Below, piece after piece: positions 14,450 to 27,640 of a DNA stretch of 64,000 nt. Made by a program: the position numbers and the translations under genes. Under the pieces are notes generated by a model. It had not been told where the DNA came from and ran no database searches. It worked only from the letters and a program-made list of their open reading frames with translations. Origin of the DNA: Eledone cirrhosa (lineage: Eukaryota); contig OZ024742.1 in NCBI GenBank assembly GCA_964016885.1, positions 53,010,001 through 53,074,000 of the forward strand. The letters are read 5' to 3'. Positions within the stretch are counted from its first letter, which is position 1. Each line of letters begins with the position of its first letter.

Positions 14450-14880
14450 GCGTATGTATAAACCTTATGCATTTCTACAGTATTTTCACCAAACTTAAGA
14501 CATAGGTTACTTATGTACTCCGGATGGTCATGGGCCCTTTCATTTTTCCAGATATTGATTATAGGGCCTCCCGGCAGATAACCCCCTTTAACCACTTCCT
14601 TGGAGTCGACTGAAGCACTGCAGTGCAATGCAACAAAACGTCATAACTTCTGGAGTTCGCAAGCGATTTTCACAACACTTGACACATGGGCTACGTTTGT
14701 CCTACAAATGAATGTGAACTCTCAGAATTGGCACATATTGAGTAGGGGATCCCTGGGGGGCAGGAACCCCCTTTTGGAAAAAGCCGATGATCTTGTAAAA
14801 GTATAGTTTTAGAAGCAGCACTGAAGTATTGACATAAATGGTATACACAACTGCTATTTAATACCCGAGCAACGCCGGTA
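13801..14880 (+). mobile_element. Non-autonomous Helitron (terminal CTAG lost)
   Basis: 5' a|TCTACTATATAAA; 3' cccgagcaacgccggta matches the terminator of the other Helitrons here. Confidence 0.75.
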
Positions 14881-14976
14881 TAATATAATATAATATAATT
14901 AATATAATTAATATAATATAATATTATATAATATAATATAATATGATATAATATAATATAATATAATTAATATGAT

Positions 14977-15747
14977 TTCAGTCGACTCCAAGAAAGTGGT
15001 TAAAGGGGGTTATCTGCCGGGAGGCCCTATACTCAATATCTGGAAAAATGAAAGGGCCCATGACCATCCGGAGTACATAAGTAACCTGTCTTAAGTTTGG
15101 TGAAAATACTGTAGAAATGCATAAGGTTTATACATACGCGTGCGTGTGTGTGTGTGTGTTTGTGGGTGTGTATGTATTTGTGCGTGCGTATGTATGTGTA
15201 TGTCCGTCGGGGCATACGTATGTACTGGCCTAAATCTTCAATATTTACTTTTACTATTTTAATAACCTCTGTCATTTTCGTTTTCAATTTTATTTACATC
15301 ATTCTTAAACTCCGGGGCTGGAAACCATTCTGTTATGTTAAATAGAATATTAGTCTAACGACTCCATTTATACCATAAACTTGGTCTTGTCTTTGCATGA
15401 AATTGTTCTTCACGCTCCACATAACGACGTATTATCCTCGCTTTTTTCCCGTTCATTGCCAAGGAACGTCTTCACGAACCAAAATATCGTCTTCCAGTTT
15501 TCGTTCGGTTGCAACGTTTATCGAAATATTTACTTCTGCGTTCACAGATTACTCTCAGTTCAATTTGAATGGGAAATTCCTGTTTCATCGATTTTCTCCG
15601 TAACCATGGAAGCTTGAAGCTTCTCGGGTCATTCTGCATAACTGTGTAAATTTTCGCTGCATTCCACCAAGCCGTTTCGGCGTTTATCCGACTACACCTA
15701 CTTACTTAAATATACAACGTCCGACCACTTCCAATTTATATAGTAGA
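14977..15747 (-). mobile_element. Inverted partial copy of the 13801 Helitron
   Basis: Reverse complement of ~13801-14614; ends ...atttatatagtaga|t. Confidence 0.85.
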
Positions 15748-15774
15748 TTATATTATATTATATTTTATTATATA

Positions 15775-15956
15775 TTGATTGGCAGCATCGGAAGAGGATC
15801 GGACACCATGCTTTGAAGCATAGAGTTGCGTCCCTTTACGGTCTGAGTTCAAATCCCGCCGAGGTTAACTTTGCCTTTCATCCTTACGGGGTCGATAAAA
15901 TAAAGTACCAGGAATACACTGGGTAATTGCTGGCCTTGTGCCAAAAGTAGAAACAA
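15775..15956 (+). mobile_element. tRNA-SINE copy
   Basis: Consensus match. Confidence 0.88.
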
Positions 15957-16042
15957 TTATATTATATTAATTATATTAATTACATTAATTATATTAATAT
16001 TATATTATATTATATTATATTATATTAATTATATTAATTATA

Positions 16043-19000
16043 ATCATCATCATCATCATCATCATCATCATTTTTCGTCCGCTGTTCCCTGTTTGCAAGG
16101 GTAGGACACGTCTTATTTAGCACAGCATCTCTCCACTTGTCACGGTCCTTCGTCATCTCCACCGTGAGCTTCAGCGATCTGAGGTCTGTTCTCACCAACC
16201 CCGCCCGTGTTTTTCGTGGTCTTCCTCTACCACGTCTTCCTTCAACTGGCATTTCCTGGCACTTCTTCACCCATCGGTCATCTTCCATGCGCATACCACC
16301 TCAGTCTCCTTTCCCGTACACTACATTCTATCCCTCTCAGACACAGTTTGTCTCTCAACACAGTCATGCTGGGTCGTTCACGCACATTTACACTGCACAT
16401 CCAACAGAGCATGCTTGCCTCATTTCTCTCCAGCCGTCGCATATCCTCTGCAGTTGCTGCCCATGTCTCACTACCATGCAGCATCGCACTCCTCACACAG
16501 GCATCATATAACCGGCCTTTCGTACGCAGGGAGAAACCCTTCTTCGTCAGCAGAGGAAGCAGCTCCCTAAACTTCTTCCAACCCGTCCTTATTCTAGATA
16601 CTATGGCCTCGGAACACCCCCTCCCATGCTAATCTGATCTCCTAGGTACCGGAAGCTATCCACCACTTCTATAGCACCCGCCTGCATTTGAAAAATGTGT
16701 CTATCAATGCGACTTCTACTGTCTAATTTCCCTGTATACATATTTCTCCCTACCTGTTAGTTTGCCTGCTATCCCGCTACATCTGCATTGTGTGCATTTT
16801 ATAGAATTTATGCCAGTTCCTTTTCTGCATATCGAACATGGTCATTTCCCTGACGGAATCAGAGTTTTGTCCTCTTTTCTACTCATCAACACTTTTGTCT
16901 TAGCTAGGTTCACTCTCAGTCATCTTGCTTCCAACTGCTGTTTCCATAGCCAGAATTTATTCTCGGGCTATTAGAACCAGATCGTCAGCATAGAGAAATT
17001 CCCATGGACAGCCAGTCTTAAACTCCTCTGTTATGGCTTAGAGGACTATAATGAACAAGAGTGGGCTGAGGACCTAACCTTGATGTACTCCTACTTGTAT
17101 CTGGAATTCCTCACTAAACTCCATTCCTACCCTGACTTTACTGACAGTACCTCTGTACAAAGTTTACACTGTCCTCATAAGCCATTCCTCAACACCTAGT
17201 TTCCTTAGGGACCACCAGATGACAGATCGGGGTACCCTTTCAAAGGCCTTCTCTAGGTCAACAAAGGCTAAGTATAGTGGCTTATTTTTCCCTAAGAACC
17301 TCTCTTGCAATTGTCTCACAAAGAAGAGGGCATCTGTTGTACACTTGCCAGACACAAAACCAAACTGCATCTCATCTAGTTTGACCGTTTCTCTAATTAG
17401 TTGTGCTAATATCCTTTCTGCCACTTTTATAACCTGATCCATCAGTTTTATACCTCTATAATTGCTCCTCTCCAGAGCATCTCCTTTACTTTGTAGCAAT
17501 TTATGAGAATACTGCTGCACCAGTCTTTGGGTATGACACCACTATATATAGCCTGATTGATGATGCGTGCAACCAGTTTAGTGCCTACGTCCCCTGATGC
17601 CTTCAGCATCTTAGCAACTATTCCCGATGGTCCAGCTGCCTTACCATTTTTCATTTCCTTAATCGCCTCTTGGACCCTATATTCATCAATCTCAATAGCT
17701 GGTCCCTCTGTCGGATCTACTGAGGGTAATTTCTCTCTCTCCCATTCGTTCTCCACATTCATCAGTCTCTCATAATGACATTTCCAGGCCTCCTTTTTCT
17801 GATCATTCGTTACACTAAGTACACCGGCATCATTCCGGACATATTTATCTCCAACAACATCCTGATTTGCATTGACACACTGCCTTGAAATGTGGAACAC
17901 CGCACGCCTCTGATCTTCCCATCGCAGAACATTGGCAAACCTCCTACTCTCAGCCTCCCTGCGTGCTAAGTACACCTGACGTCTAGCTTCTCTCATTGCG
18001 GCTGTATATTCTTCCCTACTCCCACCATTTTTCCAAGCCTTCCATGCTAGTCTTTTGTCTCTAATGGCCTTATCTACTGTGCTGTTCCACCACCAGGTCA
18101 CTCTCTGTCTGGTTGGAGCTCTGCTCCAGCCACAAGTTTCATCAGTATCCTGCAGTAAGTTGTCACGTAAGAAATTCCAGTTATTATCTGTCATACGTCT
18201 CTAAATCGTCTTCTTTTTCGTTATATACATCTTGAAGGGCTTTCCTAAATTTGTATTTTAGTGAAAGGTCTTTTAACTTCCAGACCTTTCTTCTCCATAC
18301 CTTCCTGTATGTCTCATTCTATCTCTTGCCTACTGAGATATCACTAACGACTAACCTATGCTGTGGGGTACATTCTTCCCCAGGGTATGCCTTGGTATTA
18401 GACACTATCTGCCTGTCCCGCTGCCTAACTAGTAAGAAGTCAATCTGGCTTATGTGCTCGCCAGATTTGTAGGTTATTAGGTCGTTGGCAGGTTTCTGGA
18501 AGTTTGTGTTGCAAATAGTCAGTGTACTTGCATCACAAAATTCAAGAAGTCTCACTCCTTCTTCATTTGTTGAGCCGTAACCGTGCCCCCGATGTACCCC
18601 AGTGTAATCATCCTGGAGCTGTCCAACATGACCATTGAAGTCCCCTGCTAGCATAACGATGTCTCCGTCCTCTGTCATTGCGGTTGTTTGTAAAAGTTGC
18701 TCGTAAAAGCAGTCTTTCTCATCTTTGCCTAGGCCTGCTTGGGGAGCATAAGCAGAGATGATTGTCAGTAGTCTCCTGCCTACAACTAATCTAAGCTTAA
18801 TTATTCGATTACTAACTCGAACTACCTCTATTGTCTTATTGATCCATCTCTCAGCCAGGAAAATGCCTACTCCCCCTAACCCATCATCCTTACCTACCCA
18901 GAAAAGCTTATAGCTAAGATGTTTGCCTACGACTAGTCTCGCAGAGGCACCTCTCCATCTCACCTCTTGCACGCAGCACACATCCACATGCCTTCTCTCC

Positions 19001-19070
19001 AGCATCTCCGCTATTTCAGCAGATCTACCTCTGAGAGTGCCAACATTAAGTGTTGCAACTCTTCATATTG
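16043..19070 (-). mobile_element. RTE-clade LINE, near full length, decayed (APE endonuclease + RT), (GAT)n tail
   Basis: EN: DVCCVQEVRW, SAYAPQ, GDFNGHVG, QIDFLLV; RT: NYRGIKL, QFGF, FVDLEKAF, LYADD (~16985); C-terminal GRRGRGRPRKT; stops and frameshifts. Confidence 0.95.
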
Positions 19071-19119
19071 CGCCGTCTTCATATTTTGTTGTTGTTCCTA
19101 TCTATTTGTTGCTGTGCTG

Positions 19120-19278
19120 ATAAGCGTTTTGGCATTGATACACTGGTTGGATGCCCTTCCTAACACCAGCGCCACTTTACAGCATGGACTGGGTGCTTTT
19201 ATTTGTGCCACCAGCACTAGAGAGGATGTCTTACTAGACTCAATGGCCCTCTCTACCCCGCCATTTTACAGCATGGTC

Positions 19279-19280
<2 letters not shown>
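19120..19280 (-). mobile_element. Short-repeat family segment (ggatgcccttcctaacacc...ccactttacag...ctgggtgctttt)
   Basis: The same motif occurs reverse-complemented at 38985-39060 and 40255-40320. Confidence 0.55.
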
Positions 19281-19367
<87 letters not shown>

Positions 19368-19709
19368 TTATATTAATTATATTATAGTATAGTATATTAT
19401 ATTATAATACATTAATTATATTAATTATATTATATTATATTATATTAATTATATTATATTATATTATTTTAATTATATTAATTATATTAATTATATTAAT
19501 TATATTATATTATATTATATTGTATTAATTATATTAATTATATTATATTATATTATATTAATTATATTAATTATATTATTTTAATCATATTAATTATATT
19601 AATTATATTAATTATATTATATCATATTATATTATATTGATTATATTAATTATCTTATATTATATTATATTAATTATATTAATTATATTATATTATATTA
19701 TATTAATAT

Positions 19710-20180
19710 GGTGGATTGGCAGTACCGGTAGAGGGTCGGACGCCATGCTTTGACGCATAGAGTTACGGCCCTTGCCATTCTGAGTTCAAATCCCTCCGAG
19801 GTTAACTTTGCCTTTCATCCTTACGGAGTCGATAAAATAAAGTACCAGTAATGCACTGGGTAATTGCTGGCCTTGTGCCAAAAGTAGAAACAATTATATT
19901 ATATTAATTATATCATATTATATTATATTAATTATATTATATTATATTATATTATACACTATTATATTATATTATATTAATTATATTATATTATATTATA
20001 TGATATTATATGTTGGCTTTGGATTGGCAGTATCGGTAGATGGTCGGACACCATGCTTTGACGCATAGAGTTCAAATCCCGCCGAGGTCAACTTTGCCTT
20101 TCTTCCTTACGGGGTTGATAAAAATAAAGTTCCAGTAAAGTTCTGGGTAATTGCTGGCCTTGTGCCAAAAGTAGAAACAA
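19710..20180 (+). mobile_element. Two tRNA-SINE copies (19710-19893; 20015-20180 internally deleted)
   Basis: Consensus match. Confidence 0.9.
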
Positions 20181-21000
20181 TCTATATATATAAAACTGTG
20201 GTTGTCTGTCTGTCTATCGATTTTTGGCACACATCTCCTCTTAGAATCTCTCACGGAATTGCACCGAAATTGCTATACTTGTACATTGAGCCCTAGCGAA
20301 GACATCGGAAAAAACATATTTCAAATTGACCCACCCTATGTGACGAAATCGAATATAATGTATCGATTTTTGAGCGTAAGTTATCAGTTATTTCCCTTTG
20401 TTCTGTTTACATTGAGCGTCTTACGTAAAAAATTACGCTGGCTTTTTTCAGCGTTTAAAATGACATTAACACAATACACGAACAGACAGTTGTCGAGCCA
20501 GCAAAATATTGACCTGCAAAATTCATCAGTTCGAACACTAAGCTTCCGTTTTGCTTCATTTCCATTTAAAAGCATTTTAAAACAATATTTTTACTTGAAA
20601 ACAAGTCTATTTAAAGACTACGTAAAACAAGCAAATATTTCAGGCGTGCAGACAGACAGTCGTGCAGAGAGGTGATATAGGCGTGCAGACAGACATAACT
20701 GATAATTTGGTTACGCTAATGTTTTTCTCTGCGTTGCAGTGTTTACATTTTTGATCTTTGTTAATAAATAACCAGTGCAGTTTTTATCCCCAGCATCCTC
20801 TTTTGTTATAACATTCGGGTTATCGTTATGTTTTCTTAACTTCATAAGGCATATTGTTGGTTGAGGGAATATTAATCAAAAACACCACATGCAAGTCTGC
20901 ACAGTAGACACTACAGTTTTTAAGCCAAAAAAGAAACTTAACATTGTAACTTTAACACAGCTACTGAGCGACCCCGAGCAACGCCGGGCTTTACTGCTAG
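20181..21000 (+). mobile_element. Non-autonomous Helitron, both ends intact
   Basis: a|TCTATATATATAAAA ... cccgagcaacgccggg hairpin, ctttactgCTAG|t. Confidence 0.92.
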
Positions 21001-21579
21001 TTATATTATAATATATTAATTATATTATATTATATTGTATTATATTATATTAATTATATAAATTAGTGTCAGGTGAACCATGGATAAGTTGTTTGCACAC
21101 TTATAGTCTCTGTGTGTACATGTTTCATGTCCCTTGTTCCTTATTCTTTGTTTGTATACCTACTGTTGTTTTTTATGTATTTTTATCCCGTTCTTTTATT
21201 ATTATGTTCGAATTCTTGTCTGCTTGTTCCTGTCCCTACTTTCGTTTCCCGTAACTCTCTTCCATAGTCTAACAGCCCTTTTAATAGTATTGATGCCACT
21301 GTAGTTACAACTGAATGCTATTGTGGTTAGATGTTTTTCTGCACTGTAATTATTGCTAGCCTTGTGCCTTACAATGATAGAGGTGACTGTATTAACTGTG
21401 CATGTATTTATTTATATTTATAAATATCCATCTATATTTCTGTCCAATTTTCGCTTCCTTGTTTCAACGGACTACTATTGTGGTTAGTTTGTTTTTCTCT
21501 GCAACGTATTTACTACTGGCCTTGTGCCTTTGGATGGAAGCGAGGCCTTTTCTTGTTGCCGCCGTCACCGTGGTGGGCT

Positions 21580-22205
21580 TATCACTGGTGTTGTTGTTGT
21601 TATTGTTGTTGGTGTTACCACTGTCTGGCTCCCGGGTAATGGGTGCTCACTGCCATTGACTTGATACTAATATCGATACCACCACGACTACGACGACCGG
21701 GGTAGGTGATGGGCGGTGTTAATGTTTGTTGCCGTTTCTATAGTTGTTGTTGCTATATATAGTCATGGTGATAGATGCCACCAATTCTGTGTATCCACCT
21801 ACCCCAGAACTCCTTTTGTTGCTTTGCTGTTATCGTTGTTATTGTCGGCGAGGTGATACTGTCACTACGACTGCTACGGCCTATGTACACGACGTTGGTC
21901 TGTGTTTTTGCTGTTGTTGTTGTTGTTGTTGTAACTGTTTACTCTAGCTGTTGCTTTCGTTGTTGTTGTTGTAACTGTTTACTGTAGCTGTTCCTTTCGT
22001 TGTTGTTGTTGTAACTGTTTACTGTAGCTGTTGCTTTCGTTGTTGTTGTCAGTAGCAGTAGGGTAGTAATATCACTACGACTGATACGGCCAGTGTAGAC
22101 GATATTGGTCGGCGTTTTGTTGTTATTGTAGTTATTGTTGTTGTCCTTGTTGTTGTTGTTGTTGTCGTAGTCGTTGTTGTTATTGTTGTTGTTGTAGTTG
22201 TTGTC
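21580..22205. repeat. (GTT)n-rich low complexity with ~36-bp subrepeats
   Basis: gttgttgtaactgtttactgtagctgttg repeated three times at 21925-22045. Confidence 0.85.
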
Positions 22206-22569
22206 TTAAGGTGGTTGTCAACAAAATATATACCCCACCCTCCCTCAGAGCTCCATTTATTGCTTCCACTGTCTACTGGGCTTTAGCTACACAGGTTTTT
22301 CGTTGATAGTTTTTTCTAGCAAACACGACGGCAGGCAAACCCTTCAAGGAACTCATATGTCTGCTGGGCAAACAATAGGACGTGTATTTTCCTGCCAGCG
22401 ACATATCAAAGATATCGGTAATTCATCTGAGGATACCGTTCTCATAACAACAGCAAATGCATGAAGGGCATCTCGATTGCATGGAGAACTGTGGGAATAA
22501 TTATAATGATTAAACGATATATGTAACCTCAGCCTCTTATTTTGTTATTTATATATATATATATATATC

Positions 22570-23450
22570 TTGATAAGTAGAAGAGAGGACAATACTCTGA
22601 TTCCATCGGGGAAATGGCCATGTTCTATATGTAGAAGAGGAACTGGCATAAATTCCATAAAATGTACGCAATGCAGATCTTGGGTACACAAGAGATGTAG
22701 TGGGATAGCAGGCAAACTAACAGGTAGGGAAGACTACGTATGCAGTAGATGTACAGGGAAAGTTGGCAGTAGTAATCGCAGTGATAGACACATTTTTCCA
22801 ATGCATGTGGGTTCTATAGAAGTGGTTGATAGCTTCCAGTACCTAGGTGATCAGATTAGCATGGGAAGGGGTGTTCCGAGGCCATAGTATCTAGAATAAT
22901 GACTTGTTGGAAGAAGTTTAGGGAGCTGCTTACACTGTTGACAAAGAAGGGTTTCTCTCTGCGTACGAAAGGACGGTTATATGATGCCTGTGTGAGATGC
23001 GCGATGCTGCATGGTAGTGAGACATGGGCAGCAACTGCAGAAGATATGCGACGGCTGGAGAGAAATGAAGCAAGTATGGTCCGTTGGATGAACAATGCCA
23101 ATGTGCGTGAACGACCAAGCATAGACGAGTTGAGAAAGAAACTGCGTATAAGAGGGATAAGTTGTGTTGTGCAGGAGAGAAGGCTGAGATGGTATGGACA
23201 TGTGATGCGCATGGAGGATGACTGCTGGGTAAAGAAGTGCCAAGAAATCCCAGTAGAAGGAAGACGCAGTAGAGGTAGACCACGAAAAACATGGGCGGAG
23301 GTGGTGAGAGCAGACCTCAGATCGCTGAAACTCACGGAGGAGATGACGAAGGACTGTGACAAGTAGAGAGATGCTGTGCTGAATAGGACCCGTCCAACTC
23401 TTGCAAGCAAGGAAAAGCGGACGTAAAATGATGATGATGATGATGATGAT
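22570..23450 (+). mobile_element. RTE LINE 5'-truncated copy (same family as 16043-19070), (GAT)n tail
   Basis: WPCSICRRG...MLHGSETW...RRLRWYGHVMRM...GRPRKTW. Confidence 0.93.
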
Positions 23451-23454
23451 AGCG

Positions 23455-23800
23455 AGAGACTCCTAGTCTTCGTTAATACATCTCTCTAGGAGAAGGTCAC
23501 TCTGATATAAAACCTGCGACATCGTTTGCATCCAATGATATAGACCAGTTCTTCTTTTTGGGCAAATGCATTCGATGTTCAGAGAGTGGGATAGGCCCCA
23601 TGCAAAGCCTTCCCTCACTTAAAAAAGCTTCAAGCATATGCATCGCTTGATATGTGACATTTTTTGCGATGCCTGGTATTGCTGGCCATAGACAAGTCGC
23701 TAGCAGGACTAAAAGACCACGTCCGTGATGCTCATGCTTAAGTATCAAGCGATGGTATTACTCGAAATCCAGTTGCAGCCATCATCATGTATGTATGTAT
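23455..23800 (+). mobile_element. Diverged relative of the ~610-bp non-autonomous element
   Basis: ctaggagaagg...agagagtgggat...tgcaaagccttccctcacttaaaaaagc...gcagccatc followed by (tatg)n. Confidence 0.6.
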
Positions 23801-24189
23801 AATTCATGCTGGAATCGTAGAGTCTAAACACACCCGATTTCTTCCAGAGAGAGTAGGGGGGGGGGGAATCGACCCAATACCGGGAAAGTAATTTTCTGTC
23901 AACCCCGAATGAGTAAAAAGCAAAGACGGCCTAGGCTGGATTTGAACGCAGAGGGCAGAAAATTGGAACGAATACCGCGAATCATTATCTGACGTTGTAA
24001 CGATCTTGTCAATTCGCTGTTTATTTGGATTGGTTACGTAGTTGACTCTATACGTCTGTAAGGCACAAAGCTTCCAGGGAAGTAACTCTTGGTTTCATAA
24101 TGCTATACCATGAAATGTTAAAACATTTATTTAAGAGTAGTTTCCCTTGGAATTCAACGCCTGTGATATGAATGACGCTATTCTAATCA

Positions 24190-24848
24190 CTAACACCACT
24201 ACCACCATCATCACAACCATACCTACCACAAGCACAAGTACCACTACCACACACACCTCCACAATAACAACAACCACTGTGTCAACCACCACAATAAATA
24301 CCACAACAAATAGCATCCCCATATACACACCATCACAACAGTCAGCACCATCACCATCACCATCACTACCACTATCATAACGACCACCACCACAACCACT
24401 ACCACAACAATCAGCACTATCATCATTACTACCATCACAACCATCAGCACCACCACCACCACTATCATAACCAACACCAACACCACCACCACCATCACAA
24501 CCATCAGCACCACCACCTCCATCACTACCACTATCATAACCACCGCCACCTCCACAATCACAACCACAACAATCAGTACCACCACTACCACCATCACAAC
24601 AGTCAGCACCACCACCACCATCACCATCACTACCACAACAATCAGCACTATCATCATTACTACCATCACAACCATCAGCAGCCCCACCATCATCACAACA
24701 AACAGAGCACCACCACCATCACCACCACCACCACTACCACCAGAGTACCACCACCACCACCACCACTAGTACCACCACCACCACCACCACCAGTACCACC
24801 ACCACCACCACCACCACCACCACCACCACCAGTACCACCACCACCACC
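24190..24848. repeat. (ACC)n/(ATC)n low-complexity tract
   Basis: Direct observation. Confidence 0.9.
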
Positions 24849-26771
24849 TACTGCTCACCTCAACATTGGGATACCCTCGCACCTGATTCTAAAAAGCTCT
24901 TTGTCGTTTGTATGAAGATAGACCAAAAACTCCAAAGGTAAATTAAACACCCAGTAAATTTGAGGAACTGGAATATACGAACAATGTGTAACGGATGTAA
25001 CAACATTGACAAGTAAAAGTTGTTAACATCAGGAAAATTCCGAGTCTTGGAAAGGGAAGCTTTATACGTTTTACTGATAATAACATAGATCTGAAGAGTA
25101 CTATATATATAGAGTAGGCTGTGCTGGCAGTATTAAGCTCTTTAGCAGCATAAATACTATGAAAAAAAAATTGCAGGTAGAACTCATTTTTGCCAGCTGA
25201 ATGGACAGGACAACGTGAAATTATTAGACAAGTGTTTTGTCGCTAAAGTCAATTGTTACTTCACATAGAATGCGCTTCAGTGCACCATGGATTGCCATGG
25301 TGACTAGCAGAATTAGTAGATTATTGGACAAAATGACTTATGACGTTTACTTTCATTGCTTCAAGTAATCAGTTCAAATTTCGCCACGGTCTATTTTAGG
25401 TTTCATCATCCAGCGGTTGTAAAAATATGTAGTTACATTGTCAAAAGGGCCACAGATTTTTTGAGAGTGTATTTCACTAATTAAACTGAGGAATACACTT
25501 CACTGGTACTTTATTTTAGTCACCCTGGAAAGATGAAACAGAAAATTGAACTTGTCCATTTTAATAAGCTAAATGAACATTGATTCAGAAAGAGATCCTC
25601 AATCAGAATTAGTTCAAAGGTCATTCTATACAAGGCAATGACACAAATATTAAGTAATATGCGTCATATATATTTTCTTTTATTACAGTGAGAAAGGCAA
25701 GTACACATAAAAATATAATTTACTGAGACAGATAAAATTTTATGAGGCAAAGAACAAAGATCTCAAATCGTTTAAATGAAGATAAAAACAGCGAAAATTC
25801 CCACTAAAAACAAGCACCGCTAGACATTTAAAATAAGCCAAACATCTACGCGAAAAGTAAAAGAAACTAGGGTCGTAGAAAATATGAGAACGGACATTAA
25901 AATATTATATAAATTTTTTTTTTTAAATCGACTTCACAGCGGAAAACTGCAGATTCAACTATCTTCAAATAGAATTTTGTAATCAAGGAATTATTGAATT
26001 GATTTTTTTTTATCATGTTCCTAGAAAAATGTTATTTGCCCCCCAAACGTGATCATAACAAACAGCATAAAACGCACACACATACGTATACGAAATCATA
26101 TATAAATACATTGTCATTTAAACAGGCGCGGGCGGACACACAATTATTGTCGATTTGCGTTTCATTCATAAACAAAGAAAAGTAACAACAACAATACAGA
26201 GTGATTCAGATATTTCAAGGGTTTCATTCATTCCTTCAACTGATCTGCGATCATACTGAGGCACCGCCTTCAAGAGTTTCGTCGATCTTATCGATTCCAA
26301 AGTATATTCCAGTCTCAGATATTGGAGATATCAGGACGATGTATAACAAAATAAAGACTTCTCTCTATTTTTCAACTCATTCTGGCCAAGAGAGAACGGG
26401 TGAACTGATAGCTTGAGTACTACACTAATATATATTCGCAAGAAAGATATTCCAGACTTGCCAACCTTTAAAAACTCAAACGGTGAGAAACATGAAAAAA
26501 TGTGCCCTAAGAAAGGAGGCAAAATGGGGAAATTTGATATAATGAAAGCTATACCCATTTTCACAAAAGAAAACATCTCTGACTCACCCCTAAGTGGGTG
26601 CGAGATCTCCCCGTCGAACGAGGAGAGTTGACAGGTCTGAAATTCTAATGTCCAGATATAGGTTGGCACCAAGAACCCACTCGAACGTTTTTTTTACTGC
26701 TTAAGAATATGTTACACTGCATTATCATAGTAGCTATTGTTGGTTTTCATTGATCTTACCAACTCCAGCAG

Positions 26772-27035
26772 GTGGCCGTTCATGCCAAATAGTTAAGGAG
26801 TTTGTTTCGTGGACATTAGGTCCCGGATTCGACCGTACCACATGGCATCTTGGACATGTGTCATTTACCATGCATTATAAGTGAAATTAGGTAGAGGGAA
26901 ACTGGTCGGAAGCCTCTCAAATAAACTGTAGTTGTAATTTAAAGGGCCAAGCTTTTCACACACTGTGTCTGTTTCACACTGAATCTTCCTGAGATCTACG
27001 ATAAGAGTGCACGTTTCTGTAGAATGCCCAGTCCA
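26772..27035 (+). mobile_element. Diverged tRNA-derived SINE (family of 62442)
   Basis: tagttaagg...ggattcgacc head; cacactgaatcttcctgag motif shared with ~62615. Confidence 0.5.
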
Positions 27036-27079
27036 TTCTTCTTCTTCTTCTTCGCCCACTTATTCTTGGGAGGGTTGTG

Positions 27080-27190
27080 GGGGCAGAAACTTCAAACACT
27101 CCTTCCAGCGCGTCCAGTCAGAAGCAACCGTCTCCAACTAATCTGGCTGGATCCTCAAGCGAGACCAGTAGAGCACATGGATGTTATTTA
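27080..27190 (-). mobile_element. RTE 3'-end fragment with (GAA)n tail
   Basis: Reverse complement of 38265-38330 (WSRLGIQPDLLETVASD). Confidence 0.6.
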
Positions 27191-27451
27191 GTTAGTCCCT
27201 TACATATTAATTTCATGAACAAGCTGCCCCCATTGATTAAAACAACTGGATCGCTCTTCGCTAGTAGAAAATAGGAGGATAACTGTCAACATCAACCTCA
27301 GCTGGATTCGAACTGAGAACATCAAGTGACACAGTCAAATAACGCAAGCTATGCTGATTGTTTTACTCTATCGTATATAGTGATACATATAGGATGTTAA
27401 GAGAACAATTGTTGAGAATAATATATGAAGAAGAGTTTTATAGAATGAAAT

Positions 27452-27640
27452 AATTGTTTCTACTATTGGCACAAGGCCAGCAATTACCCAGTACATTACT
27501 GGTACTTTATTTTATCGACCCCGTAAGGATGAAAGGGAAAGTTAACCTTGGCGGGATTTGAACTCAGAATGGCAAGGGGCGTAACTCTATGCGTCAAAGC
27601 ATGACGTCCGACCCTCTACCGATACTGCCATCCACCGCCC
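27452..27640 (-). mobile_element. tRNA-SINE, full copy
   Basis: Consensus match. Confidence 0.92.

Noticed and set aside
6573-20180. SINE copies as tRNA genes or as a repeat-spacer array
   Set aside because: A/B boxes are present but there is no intact cloverleaf; the 'spacers' are simple AT microsatellite
24147-24850. Mucin-like Thr-rich ORF
   Set aside because: Degenerate (ACC)n tract with stops in alternative frames and no splice or domain support
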